Source: a bacterium
GTDB lineage: Bacteria > UBA8248 > JACPRG01 > G963555815
DNA length: 64,000 nt
Assembly: GCA_965261595.1 (NCBI GenBank)
Contig: CBDHDG010000006.1
Coordinates: 576,001-640,000 of the forward strand
Direction of reading: 5' to 3'
Shown: piece after piece, positions 11,886 to 21,653 of the stretch
Numbering within the stretch: position 1 is the stretch's first letter
Layout: each line of letters starts with the position of its first letter
Made by a program: the position numbers and the translations under genes
The notes under the pieces: generated by a model
Seen by the model: the letters and a program-made list of their open reading frames with translations, nothing else
Databases searched by the model: none
What the model was told of the DNA's origin: nothing

Positions 11886-11926
11886 GCGATGGAGGGTTGT
11901 CCATTTCATGGACAACCCTCCATCGC
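11886..11926. repeat. Perfect 19-bp inverted repeat (3-nt loop) in the thiD-PPOX spacer
   Basis: gcgatggagggttgtccat-ttc-atggacaaccctccatcgc. Confidence 0.9.
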
Positions 11927-12024
11927 CAAATGAAAGTTTTCGGGGGGTTTGGGGGACAGACCCAACCGGGTCGAGTTTTCAAAGCTTGTCCCACGCGAAG
12001 GCGGGGATGTCCCCCAAGGTTTTT

Positions 12025-12843
12025 TTATCCTTTCAATCCCCACATGTGGTCCAGCGGGCCGTGGCCGGCGCCGATGTCCCCGGGCGCGCTTCGGATGGCC
12101 TCGGTGATGAAGCCTTTGGCCTCCCCGACGGCCTCTTCCAGCGCCCGGCCCTTGGCCAGGTGGGCCGTGATGGCGGCCGAGAGCGTGCAGCCCGTCCCGT
12201 GCGTGTTCTTCGAGTCGATCCGCTCGGCGCGGAACATCCGGAAATCGGTCCCGTCGTAGAAGAGATCGACGGCCTCGCCCTCCAGGTGGCCGCCTTTCAC
12301 CAGGACGGTCCGGGGGCCCAGGGCCAGCATCCGTTCGGCGGCCTCCCGCATCTCCTCCAGGCTGCCGACGGGGATCCCCGCGAGAACCTCCGCCTCGCCG
12401 AGGTTCGGCGTGATGATCTCCGCCAGGGGCAGGATGTGTCGGATCAGAGATTCCCGGGCCCCCCGCGCCAAGAGGCGGTCCCCCGATTTGGCGACCATGA
12501 CCGGGTCCACGACCAGGGGACGAACGTCGTACTCCTTCACCTTGGCGGCGACGATCTCGATCAGCTCCGCGTCGGCCAGCATGCCCGTCTTGGCCGCCCC
12601 GATGCGGATGTCCGAACAGACGGAATCAAGCTGTTGGGCGACGAATTCGGACGGGAGAGCGTGGACCGCCTGGACGCCCACGGTGTTCTGGGCGGTCAGG
12701 GCCGTCAGGATGGATGCGCCGTAGACGCCCAAGACCGTGAAGGTCTTGAGGTCGGCCTGGATCCCGGCGCCCCCGCCCGAATCCGAGCCGGCGATGGTCA
12801 ACGCGGTGGGTCGTGCGGGCATGCGGGCCTTTCCTTCAGCCAT
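12025..12843 (-). CDS. thiD: Hydroxymethylpyrimidine/phosphomethylpyrimidine kinase
   Basis: [30 protein letters not shown] and THGTGCTLS motifs. Confidence 0.95.
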   Translation of the reverse strand: MAEGKARMPARPTALTIAGSDSGGGAGIQADLKTFTVLGVYGASILTALTAQNTVGVQAVHALPSEFVAQQLDSVCSDIRIGAAKTGMLADAELIEIVAAKVKEYDVRPLVVDPVMVAKSGDRLLARGARESLIRHILPLAEIITPNLGEAEVLAGIPVGSLEEMREAAERMLALGPRTVLVKGGHLEGEAVDLFYDGTDFRMFRAERIDSKNTHGTGCTLSAAITAHLAKGRALEEAVGEAKGFITEAIRSAPGDIGAGHGPLDHMWGLKG

Positions 12844-13157
12844 CCGGCGAGAGCGGGCGGACGCTTCCGCGCCCCGACTGATCTCGAAATCAGAGAGAGC
12901 GGAAAATCCATGTCCTACTCTACACGATTCTGAAGCGATGACGCTTTGAGTGCGGGAGGGGAGGGGGAGGGACCCGCTCTCTGAAAATCGGGGGACGCGG
13001 CGGGATTCGGCGCCGCGAGAATCGGTTGATTCCTTGGCCCAATGGGCTAAAATAAACGGACCGAAACCGAATGGGACCCGCGGCCCGATAGAGGTGGCCG
13101 ACGGAGGCGGGAGCGGCGCCGGCGCGCGGCCCTCGCCGGAGAGGAGCTTGAGAGCGG

Positions 13158-14399
13158 GTGGGATACGTCCTCGGATTGAGATGCAAGGAGTGCGGGAAGG
13201 AATATCCCAAGGAGCCGAGCCACGTCTGTGACTATTGCTTCGGGCCGCTCGAGATCGTTTACGACTACGACGCCATCGGCCGGGTGATCTCCCGCGAGTC
13301 GATCCAGGCGGGGCCGCACAGCATCTGGCGGTACAAGGACCTGCTACCCATCGACGGCGAGCCGTCGGTGGGTCTCAACGTCGGGATGACCCCGCTGGTG
13401 AAGGCCGACCGGCTGGGGGCCGCGCTGGGGCTCCGCAACCTCTACGTGAAGAACGACAGCGTCTGCTGTCCCACCTTGTCGTTCAAGGACCGGGTCGTGG
13501 CGGTGGCCGCCACCAAGGCCCAGGAATTCGGATTCGACACCCTGTCGTGCGCCTCGACGGGGAACCTCGCCAATTCCGTGGCGGCGCACGCGGCGGAGGC
13601 GGGCCTGAAAAGCGTCATCTTCATCCCGGCCGACCTCGAGACGGGAAAGGTCCTCGGGACCCTCATCTACAACCCGACGCTCGTGGGAGTGGACGGGGTG
13701 TATGACGACGTCAACCGGCTCTGCGCGGAAATCGCCAGCAACTACCCGTGGGCCTTCGTGAACATCAACATCCGGCCCTTCTACGGAGACGGCTCGAAGA
13801 CCTTCGGCTACGAGGTCATGGAGCAGCTCGGCTGGCGGACGCCCGAGCACATCATCGTCCCGGTGGCCGGCAGCTCGCTGATCACGAAGATCTGGAAATC
13901 GTTCCACGAGTTCAGGGACCTCGGTCTGATCGACGAGGTCACCGCCCGGGTGTACGCCGCCCAGGCCGAGGGCTGCTCGCCCGTCACAACGGCCATCAAG
14001 AACGGGTGGGACCACTTCAAGCCGCAGCGGCCCAACACGATCGCCAAGTCCATCGCCATCGGCAATCCGGCCGACGGATACTACGGCATCCAGGTCTGCC
14101 GCAACAGCGAGGGGGGCGGCGATGACGTGACCGACGAGGAGCTCGTCGCGGCCATGCGCCTTCTGGCCGAAACGGAAGGGATCTTTACCGAAACCGCCGG
14201 CGGGGTGACGGTCGGCGTAACGAAGAAACTGGTCGAGCAGGGACGCATCGCCCCGGACGACTTGACCGTCATCTGCATCACCGGCAACGGTCTCAAAACC
14301 CAGGAGGCCATCCAGGACAGCGTCAACGCCCCGCTTCGCATCGACTCCAAGTTCAGCTCATTCCAGGAAGTGTTCGCAGAACAAATGAAGGAGGCATAA
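13158..14399 (+). CDS. Threonine-synthase-like PLP enzyme (fold type II) with N-terminal Zn ribbon; possibly an O-phosphohomoserine sulfhydrylase
   Basis: CKEC...CDYC, PLP lysine in SFKDR, CASTGN and TGNGLK motifs. Its operon context with a sulfur carrier makes a plain thrC call uncertain. Confidence 0.85.
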   Translation: MGYVLGLRCKECGKEYPKEPSHVCDYCFGPLEIVYDYDAIGRVISRESIQAGPHSIWRYKDLLPIDGEPSVGLNVGMTPLVKADRLGAALGLRNLYVKNDSVCCPTLSFKDRVVAVAATKAQEFGFDTLSCASTGNLANSVAAHAAEAGLKSVIFIPADLETGKVLGTLIYNPTLVGVDGVYDDVNRLCAEIASNYPWAFVNINIRPFYGDGSKTFGYEVMEQLGWRTPEHIIVPVAGSSLITKIWKSFHEFRDLGLIDEVTARVYAAQAEGCSPVTTAIKNGWDHFKPQRPNTIAKSIAIGNPADGYYGIQVCRNSEGGGDDVTDEELVAAMRLLAETEGIFTETAGGVTVGVTKKLVEQGRIAPDDLTVICITGNGLKTQEAIQDSVNAPLRIDSKFSSFQEVFAEQMKEA

Positions 14400-14404
14400 C
14401 CACA

Positions 14405-14692
14405 ATGCCCGTGAAAATCCGCATCCCCACGGCCCTGCAAAAGCTCACCCAAAACGAGGGCGAGGTGGAAGTGCAGGGCGGCGACGTCAACGAGATCATC
14501 GACGGCATGGATCAACGATTCCCCGGCTTCAAGGAGCGCATGTACGACGAGTCGGGCGAGATCCGCCGGTTCATCAACATCTACGTCAACGACGAGGACA
14601 TCCGATTTCTGGGCGGGTCGAAAACGGCCCTGAAGGACGGAGACGAGGTGTCCATCATCCCCGCGATCGCGGGCGGTCTCGAGGTGGAGTGA
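14405..14692 (+). CDS. MoaD/ThiS/CysO-type ubiquitin-like sulfur carrier with masked C-terminus (GG-LEVE)
   Basis: RIPTAL...RRFINIYVNDEDIRF...DGDEVSIIPAIAGG followed by LEVE-stop. Confidence 0.92.
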   Translation: MPVKIRIPTALQKLTQNEGEVEVQGGDVNEIIDGMDQRFPGFKERMYDESGEIRRFINIYVNDEDIRFLGGSKTALKDGDEVSIIPAIAGGLEVE

Positions 14693-14747
14693 CACACCGC
14701 GCCCCCCGTCCGCCGGCGCGATCCTCCGGCCCGGACGGACCCGCGTC

Positions 14748-15173
14748 ATGAAGATCGACATCTCGACCCGCTCGCTTCGGGCCATGAAGCGTCACGCCGG
14801 CCGGGACTATCCGCATGAGTGCTGCGGGTTCCTGGTGGGCCGCAAGGCTCGGGGGGGCCGGCGGATCGCCGTCGAGGAGGCCCTGCCCGCGGAGAACCTG
14901 AACCGCGAGCGGGCGCATGACCGCTACGAAATCAGTCCCCTGGCGTACCTGAGGCTGGAGGAGTCTCTCCAAGGGACCGGGCGCGGGATCCTGGGCTACT
15001 ACCACTCCCATCCGGATCACCCGTCCCGGCCCTCGGAGACGGACCTGACGATGTTCGGCGGCTGGCCGGGCTACATTTATGTGATCGTGGGCGTTGACGG
15101 CAAGACTGCCAAATCCAAGAGGTACGCAGTGACCGCGTGGTCGCTGGAAGAGCACGAGCTCGTGTCTGTGTAA
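14748..15173 (+). CDS. JAB/MPN+ (M67) metalloprotease, Mec/HcyD-like
   Basis: YPHECCG glutamate and an intact JAMM motif YHSHPDHPSRPSETD. Confidence 0.92.
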   Translation: MKIDISTRSLRAMKRHAGRDYPHECCGFLVGRKARGGRRIAVEEALPAENLNRERAHDRYEISPLAYLRLEESLQGTGRGILGYYHSHPDHPSRPSETDLTMFGGWPGYIYVIVGVDGKTAKSKRYAVTAWSLEEHELVSV

Positions 15174-15205
15174 CGGGGTGAACTTTCTCGGGGGCTTTTC
15201 GGAGC

Positions 15206-15448
15206 ATGGCTAGGCAATTCGTCACCGCGTATTTTGAAGGGGAGCTCGTCAAAGAGCCGATCATCTGCGAGCTGGGACGGGAATGCGACGTGATCCCCAA
15301 CATCTTCCGCGCGGACGTTCAGGCCGAGGAGGGGTGGATCGTCCTGGAGCTCGAAGGGTCAGAGATCGCCCTTCAGGAAGCCATGGAGTACCTGAGGGTC
15401 CGGGGCGTCCGCCCGGAGCCGGCGAAGGAAGAGGACCTGCCCGCCTGA
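15206..15448 (+). CDS. NIL-domain protein
   Basis: About 80 aa, EPIICELGRECDVIPNIFRADV...GWIVLELEG (NIL signature). Confidence 0.85.
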   Translation: MARQFVTAYFEGELVKEPIICELGRECDVIPNIFRADVQAEEGWIVLELEGSEIALQEAMEYLRVRGVRPEPAKEEDLPA

Positions 15449-15538
15449 TGGCGGCATGGGCGAAGAGCAGGCCGAGCATTTGCGTCGGGTGACCCGGCGT
15501 CCCGCCCGCCCGGCGCCTCCTTACTTGAGGAATGAAAG

Positions 15539-15781
15539 ATGGCCACCCTCCGTGCCCGGCTGACCTTTCCTGAAAACACCGTCAAGCGTCCCCACATCTA
15601 TGAGGTCGGCCAGGCGTACGACATCGTCTGGAGTGTCCGGACGGCCAACGTCACGGCGGATTTCGGCTGGGTCCACCTCGAGATGACCGGCGAGGAGGAA
15701 AACCTCCAAAAGGCCGTCGAGGCCTTCGAGTCCCGCGGCATCACGGTCGCGCCGATCGAGGGGGACGTCGTCGCGAATTAA
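15539..15781 (+). CDS. NIL-domain protein (second paralog)
   Basis: LTFP...PHIYEVGQAYDIVWSVRTANVTADFGWVHLEMTG...PIEGDVV. Confidence 0.85.
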   Translation: MATLRARLTFPENTVKRPHIYEVGQAYDIVWSVRTANVTADFGWVHLEMTGEEENLQKAVEAFESRGITVAPIEGDVVAN

Positions 15782-16029
15782 AATCCGATCCGTTTTTTGA
15801 GCCCGTCCATTTTGTCCCCTGAATTTTTCCAGCCCCATTCATCGAATCGCTGTTCGTTTCCTTTCGGACGCTTCTATGAGGGTTTGCATCGGCCCCTACA
15901 TCGAAGAAACCCGGCGTGCCGGCCCTTCACCAACCGAACCCATCCGCAGACCGAATGTCTCCCGCTGGATTTGAAACCCCTCCGGAAAAGTTATACACAT
16001 GTCATAACGCTCGGCAGAAGGGTTCCGCT

Positions 16030-16266
16030 GTGAAGATCTCGAAAACCAAGACAAAGGTCCGGAAGATCGGAAATTCCCTGGGGATTGTGCTTTCGAAGGA
16101 TCTGCTCGACAGGCTCAATGTCCGGGAAGGGGATGACCTCTTCTGGGTTGTCACGCCCGACGGGGCGCGCCTGACGCCGGATGACCCGGACTTCGAGGCG
16201 GTGGCGCGCTCCAACCGGAATACCATGGACCGCCACAGGAACGCCCTCGAAGATCTGGCCGAGTGA
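16030..16266 (+). CDS. AbrB/MazE-family antitoxin (no adjacent toxin)
   Basis: KVRKIGNSLGIVLSKDLLDRLNVREGD...DPDFE...HRNALEDLAE; GTG start inferred. Confidence 0.8.
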   Translation: MKISKTKTKVRKIGNSLGIVLSKDLLDRLNVREGDDLFWVVTPDGARLTPDDPDFEAVARSNRNTMDRHRNALEDLAE

Positions 16267-16388
16267 GGGACCCACCCAGTGAAACGGACGAAGTGAACAT
16301 CATCCGGGGCGATGTCTCAGTCCCAACAACGGGCGGCGAGGATATCCCGCACCCGCCGCCGTCCTTGTCCATGACATAATCAATCACC

Positions 16389-17498
16389 ATGCGCATCTCG
16401 TATCTGAAGCATCTGTCCTGCCCCGCCTCCCGGCCCAAGCGAATGGGGCGGTGCGGGGGAAAGCTGGCCGTCCTGCCGGGGGAGATCCCCTCCCGGCTGG
16501 CGGATGACGACGATGAGCTCCTGGAAGGCAACGTCGTCTGCGAGGACTGCGGGGCGTGGGTCCCCGTCCTGGGCGGGGTGCTCGTCCTCGTTCCCAAGCC
16601 CCGGCTTTATCTGGGCGGCCGGTTCGCCTCCATCATGGCGTTCGCGGGCGTGCACGCCGATCTCTCCAAAGACGCCCGCCAGTGGCTGGCCGGCCAGCAC
16701 TTCGACCTCTACGAAGTCCCCAAAAAACAGGACACTGTCGATTCCAACGCGGTCCTCCACTTCGAGCGCGTCGCCGACCTGATGGCCGAGCTCCCCCTGC
16801 CCGAGAGCTTTCGCGCCTTCCTGGAGGAATGGGACGGGAAGACGCCCTTCGACCTGTTGGCGGAGATGGGCCGGGCGCACCGGGCCGCGCCGGAAAGCAG
16901 CGTCCACCGGGAGAACAACCGGCTGGCCGTGGACGCCGGGTGCGGCGCGGGGGGGCTCGTGCACCGGCTGGCCCCCCACTACGAGACGGTGTTCGGCGTG
17001 GACCTGTCGTTCAGCTCCGTCCTGCTGGCCCGCTCGATCCTGCTCCACCAACCGCGGAAATTCGGCCGGCATTACGTCCGCACGGAGCGGGACGCCTTCA
17101 CCCCGCGTGAGCTGGATCACGCGCCCCATCCGAACGTCGAGGTGATCGTGGCCGACTGCACGAACCTGCCCTTCGGCGATGCGTCGGCCGACGCGGTGGC
17201 GAGCGCGAACATCGTGGATATCGTTCACCCGCACACGCCCCTGCGCGAGGCGGCGCGGGTCATCCGGACGGGCGGACACCTGCTCTTCACCGACCCGTTC
17301 AAGATCGCCGCGGGGATGTTCTCGACAACCTCGCGCGGCCCCCTCGAAGACGCGAAACGCTACCTGGCCTCGATGGACCTGCACCCGGTCGAGGAACACG
17401 ATTTTGTCCCGTGGATCTGGCACCGCTTCAAGCGGCAGGTGCAGATCTATTTCAATTACTGCGGGGCATTCCGGAAGGAACACAAGAAAGAAGAATAA
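16389..17498 (+). CDS. Class I SAM-dependent methyltransferase with N-terminal Trm112-like Cys domain
   Basis: LSCP...C...LEGNVVCEDCG..VPVLGGV at the N-terminus; VDAGCGAG, GVDLS and ADCTNLPF in the MTase domain. Confidence 0.75.
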   Translation: MRISYLKHLSCPASRPKRMGRCGGKLAVLPGEIPSRLADDDDELLEGNVVCEDCGAWVPVLGGVLVLVPKPRLYLGGRFASIMAFAGVHADLSKDARQWLAGQHFDLYEVPKKQDTVDSNAVLHFERVADLMAELPLPESFRAFLEEWDGKTPFDLLAEMGRAHRAAPESSVHRENNRLAVDAGCGAGGLVHRLAPHYETVFGVDLSFSSVLLARSILLHQPRKFGRHYVRTERDAFTPRELDHAPHPNVEVIVADCTNLPFGDASADAVASANIVDIVHPHTPLREAARVIRTGGHLLFTDPFKIAAGMFSTTSRGPLEDAKRYLASMDLHPVEEHDFVPWIWHRFKRQVQIYFNYCGAFRKEHKKEE

Positions 17499-17992
17499 GA
17501 ACTTCCCAGGGGGGCTTTTTTGAAACGGAATGTCCAGAGGGGCCATGTGCGGAGTTTCCGGCCCTCACACTCCGCCCACATTTAGCAAATCTTCCAAAAC
17601 AGGCCATTCCAGGCCCCAATTCACCCGTTTTCAGGGGTTTCAGCCCCGTCCCCCCTCACAACCCTACGGGAAACCGTTGGAATGTTATCCCAATGAGCGA
17701 TATGTAAATTTTTCATTATTCAAATTCCGGACTATTGTAGCCTATGATGCCAAACATTGGACGCGTTCCAGTGAGTCAACCTTGAAGGGCCGCGATTGGA
17801 CATCGACCACCCGCCCTCCCCCGTTCATGGATGGGCGAGGCCCCCTCCCCACCCCTCTCCGGGATTCTGAAAAAATATTCAAGTGGCGCATTTGTTGAAA
17901 TTTCAGCCTCGGCGTATTAGATTTGGGGATTGGACTCCGGTTCGAATCGGTCAGTCAACCTCCAACCCTCTTCTGGTATAGGATTGCGGCGG

Positions 17993-18904
17993 ATGGAGGC
18001 GGTCAAAGAAATCTGGATGGATGGCGCGTTTGTAAAGTGGGAGGACGCGAAGGTCCACCTCCTGACGCACACCCTTCACTACGGCCTCGGCGTCTTCGAG
18101 GGAATCCGCTGTTACGAGACCGCGAAGGGCCCGGCGATCTTCCGGTTCGGGGAGCACATGGACCGTTTCTACAACTCAGCCCATATTGTGGGGATTCAAC
18201 CCAACATGGACAAGGAAGAAACCCACCGCTCCATCATCGAGCTCATCGGGCGCAACGGCCTGACCTCCTGCTACATCCGGCCCATCATCTATCTGGGTTA
18301 CGGAGAGATGGGGGTGAACAACCAGGCCGCTCCCGTTCATACGGCCGCGGCGACCTGGAAGTGGGGGGCCTACCTGGGAGAGGACGGCCTGAAAAACGGG
18401 ATTCGGGTGAAGATCAGCTCATTCACCAGCCATCACGTCAACAGCTACATGACCAAGTCCAAAACCTGCGCCAACTATGGCGTGTCCCAGATGGCCAAGA
18501 TGGAGGCGGTGCGGGACGGTTACGACGAAGCCATCATGCTGGACCCGGCCGGCATGGTGGCCCAGGGCTCGGGAGAGAACATCTTCCTGGTCCGCAACGG
18601 CGCCCTCAAGACACCGCCCGGCGTGGGGGTCCTGGAGGGCATCACCCGGGACACCATCCTGCAATTGGCCGATGCCCATGGAATAAAACTCTCGGAGGAG
18701 CCCTTCGCCAGAGACGAGCTCTACATCGCGGACGAAGCCTTTTTCACCGGAACAGCGGCGGAGATCACGCCCATCCGGGAAGTGGACAACCGCCGGATCG
18801 GAACCGGCCGCCCCGGCCCGGTCACACAGACCCTTCAGGATGCCTTCTTTCGCGCTGTGCGGGGGGAGGACGAAACCTACGAGAAATGGTTGACCGCCGT
18901 GTGA
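17993..18904 (+). CDS. ilvE: Branched-chain amino acid aminotransferase
   Basis: LHYGLGVFEGIR, GSGENIF, LEGITR and FTGTAAE motifs. Confidence 0.95.
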   Translation: MEAVKEIWMDGAFVKWEDAKVHLLTHTLHYGLGVFEGIRCYETAKGPAIFRFGEHMDRFYNSAHIVGIQPNMDKEETHRSIIELIGRNGLTSCYIRPIIYLGYGEMGVNNQAAPVHTAAATWKWGAYLGEDGLKNGIRVKISSFTSHHVNSYMTKSKTCANYGVSQMAKMEAVRDGYDEAIMLDPAGMVAQGSGENIFLVRNGALKTPPGVGVLEGITRDTILQLADAHGIKLSEEPFARDELYIADEAFFTGTAAEITPIREVDNRRIGTGRPGPVTQTLQDAFFRAVRGEDETYEKWLTAV

Positions 18905-18988
18905 CGCGGAACCGGCCGGGTGGATCGTTTCTCCCCGGCGGGCCCGTTCCGCCCGCGGCAAGGCATGAACCGATGGAGGTCATTCAAG

Positions 18989-19342
18989 TTGCCGATCTAC
19001 GAATACGCCTGTCTTGAGTGCGGGCATGAGTTCGAAAAGATTCAGAAAATGTCGGACGCGCCGGCGCGCAAGTGCCCCTCGTGCGGCCGGTTGAAGGCCC
19101 GCCGTCAGATCTCCCGAAGCTCTTTCGTCCTGAAGGGGGGCGGCTGGTACGTCACGGATTACCCCTCGAAAGACCGAGAGGCCGCGATGAAGGCGGACTC
19201 CGACGGCAAGCCGAAGACCGACAAGGCGACCGAAACCGCCGCCCCATCTTCCAACCAGGCCGGCAACGGGACAAAAGAGTCGTCCAAGAAACCCAAGGCG
19301 TCGAAGAGCGAATCATCGAAATCCAAGGCCAAATCCGAATGA
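18989..19342 (+). CDS. FmdB-family zinc-ribbon protein
   Basis: PIYEYACLECGHEFE...CPSCG...FVLKGGGWYVTDY with a Ser/Lys-rich tail; TTG start after GGAGG. Confidence 0.9.
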   Translation: MPIYEYACLECGHEFEKIQKMSDAPARKCPSCGRLKARRQISRSSFVLKGGGWYVTDYPSKDREAAMKADSDGKPKTDKATETAAPSSNQAGNGTKESSKKPKASKSESSKSKAKSE

Positions 19343-19578
19343 TCCGCCACTCCACCATCTTGTCCATCCGGAGATTTCCGGTCATAAGTCCGGATGGATC
19401 CAAATTTTTTCACACGGCGTGGATTTTCCCCTTGCTTTGATCAAGGGGGCTTGTTAGCATCCATTCGCATCCCGAAATTCAATCCGCAATTCTTGGCCGT
19501 TGATGATCCCGGATGCGGGGTTTTCGCGGCCCATTTCAGTCTGACGGGTCTGGGAGCATTTTTTCCTTGAGTCCCCCC

Positions 19579-20226
19579 GTGTCCGAACGTGTCTTGGTTC
19601 TGGATCAGGATGACAGGACTTACGCGGTCCTGGAAGAGAGCGTCAAATCGCTCGACATCACCCTCCATCCGATGAGGGACGGGTTCCGGCAGGGCGATTT
19701 GCGGGGCCAGCGTTTTCTGCTCGCGTTCGCGGCTTATCCCAACGATTCATTCTTCGATGGCGATAACCACCGAATCGGGACTTACCGCCTGGTCTTGCTC
19801 GCCAACGCCTCGTCCAAGCGGAAGGCGCTGGATTTGGTGGGATCGGGGATCTTCGGAGTCCTGACCAAACCGTTCCAGCCCGAAGAGGCGAGCGCGGTCA
19901 TCCGGGGCGCCCTGGAGATGCAGCGCGTCCAGCGCGAGCTCAGCCGCCTGGGCACGATCGAGTGCCTGTCCGAATCCTTGATGGACAAGCTGCGGAATAT
20001 TGCGCGCAAGGCGGATCCGGCGAAGAAGGGAGACTTGTACGGTTTTGTGAAGCGCTCCATCGAGAAGCCGCTCTTGGAGATGGTCCTCGAGGAAACCGGC
20101 GGAAACCGGATCAAGGCCGCCAACGTCCTGGGGATCAACCGCAACACCCTCCGGACCAAACTGAAAGAGCTGGGCGTCGAAACCCTCCGCCCGGCCCGGC
20201 CGCGCCGAAAGCCGACCCGACGTTGA
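19579..20226 (+). CDS. Fis-type HTH regulator with a degenerate receiver-like N-terminal domain
   Basis: C-terminal EKPLLEMVLEETGGNRIKAANVLGINRNTLRTKLKELG; N-terminal VLVLDQD and LTKPF; no AAA+ domain. Confidence 0.75.
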   Translation: MSERVLVLDQDDRTYAVLEESVKSLDITLHPMRDGFRQGDLRGQRFLLAFAAYPNDSFFDGDNHRIGTYRLVLLANASSKRKALDLVGSGIFGVLTKPFQPEEASAVIRGALEMQRVQRELSRLGTIECLSESLMDKLRNIARKADPAKKGDLYGFVKRSIEKPLLEMVLEETGGNRIKAANVLGINRNTLRTKLKELGVETLRPARPRRKPTRR

Positions 20227-20440
20227 CGCGCGGGGGGGTAGCCCCCCTCCCCCGGCCGAAGCCCGACCCGGGATTGTTGTTGCCCTCCGAACCTCACACT
20301 CCATATAATCAAGCGTGGCATGATTTAATTTCCGGCCCGTGATTCGAGCGCGGCGGGAAACCTCTCCTCCCGGTCTTCCCGGAAAGAAGAAAGAGGGCCG
20401 TGAAAAGATCCGACGCCCGCCGGGCTCCAGGGACTGTTTC

Positions 20441-21649
20441 ATGAAGGCAATCATCCTCGCGGGCGGCGGCGACAACCTCCCTCCTTTCACGTCTTCGCGC
20501 CCCAAGCCGATGATCCACCTGAGCGGCCGCTACCTCCTGGAGAGCGCCATCGACTATCTCCGTGCGGCCGGCGTCGTGGACCTCATCCTGGTGGTCGGCC
20601 ACGGCAAGGAGCGCATCATCACCCATTTCGGGGGCGGGGATGATTTCGGCGTCCGCATCAGCTACGTCAGCCAGGAGGAAGAGGACCTCGGGATCGGCAA
20701 CGCGCTCTTGCAGGCCGAGGATCGAATCAATCCGGGCGAGCACTTCCTTCTCGTGTACGGAGACGTGGTGACCACCGGGAACATCTACCTGGAGACCATT
20801 CAGAGCTTCAATTCCTTCAAAGCCCCGGTGGCGGCCATCTGTCTGACCCCGGCGACCGAGGCCTTCGGCAACGTCTACCTGGACAACGAGATGCGCATCA
20901 CCCGGCTGGTCGAAAAACCCGGCCAGAGCGGGTTCGGGAACTATGTGCTGGCGGGCGCCTTTGTCCTTCCCCAGAGTTTTTTCGCGACCCTGCAAAGCGC
21001 CGGCGGCGACATGAGCGGGGCCCTGGCGGCCTGGATCGGCGAAAGCGGGCTGCACTCCTGCATCTGGGAGCAGGACTGGGCCGACGTGAAAAACCCGTGG
21101 GACATCCTGCGGGCGAACCGGATGGTCATGGACACGTGGCGCCAGGCCATCGTCTCCGACACCACCGAGTTGAAAGGGTGGGTCCACTTCAATGGACCCG
21201 TCCACATCGAGGAGGGGGTCAAGATCCTGTCCGGGACGGTCGTTGAAGGCCCCTGCTATCTCGGAAAAGGCAGTTTCGTGGGGAACAACGTCCTCATCCG
21301 CCCCTACACCAGCGTCGGTCCGGGCTCGGTGATCGGCTATGGGGTCGAACTGAAAAACTGTGTCCTGTTCGGCTCGACCAAGGTGGGACGCCTGTCCTTC
21401 ATCGGGGACAGCGTCGTGGGCGAAGGGGCCAACATCGGCTCCGGCACGGTCACGGTCAACATTAACCTGGACGGCACGAACGTTCAGGCCTCCGTGAACG
21501 GCGAAATGGTCGAGACGGGGATGGCCAAGCTGGGCTCTTTCATCGGCGACGGGTCCGTGATCGGCGCGGGCAACACCCTGCTGGCGGGCACGGTCATCCG
21601 GGGCGGAAGCGCCATCCCCCATCACGGCACCGCCCCGCGGGAGGTGTAA
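20441..21649 (+). CDS. Sugar-phosphate nucleotidyltransferase / hexapeptide acetyltransferase (archaeal GlmU-like)
   Basis: MKAIILAGG...RPKPM N-terminal domain, left-handed beta-helix repeats (LSFIGDSVVG) and KLGSFIGD; adjacent to glmS. Confidence 0.8.
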   Translation: MKAIILAGGGDNLPPFTSSRPKPMIHLSGRYLLESAIDYLRAAGVVDLILVVGHGKERIITHFGGGDDFGVRISYVSQEEEDLGIGNALLQAEDRINPGEHFLLVYGDVVTTGNIYLETIQSFNSFKAPVAAICLTPATEAFGNVYLDNEMRITRLVEKPGQSGFGNYVLAGAFVLPQSFFATLQSAGGDMSGALAAWIGESGLHSCIWEQDWADVKNPWDILRANRMVMDTWRQAIVSDTTELKGWVHFNGPVHIEEGVKILSGTVVEGPCYLGKGSFVGNNVLIRPYTSVGPGSVIGYGVELKNCVLFGSTKVGRLSFIGDSVVGEGANIGSGTVTVNINLDGTNVQASVNGEMVETGMAKLGSFIGDGSVIGAGNTLLAGTVIRGGSAIPHHGTAPREV

Positions 21650-21653
21650 GCGC

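Noticed and set aside
12850..13157. SAM or TPP riboswitch between thiD and the ThrC-like gene
   Set aside because: No recognisable consensus on either strand.
14690..14692. Sec read-through at other TGA stops (Ubl carrier, NIL, antitoxin)
   Set aside because: These proteins are complete at the stop and no redox motif or family continuation follows.
17930..17960. tRNA T-arm-like GGTTCGAATC
   Set aside because: No cloverleaf can be formed around it.
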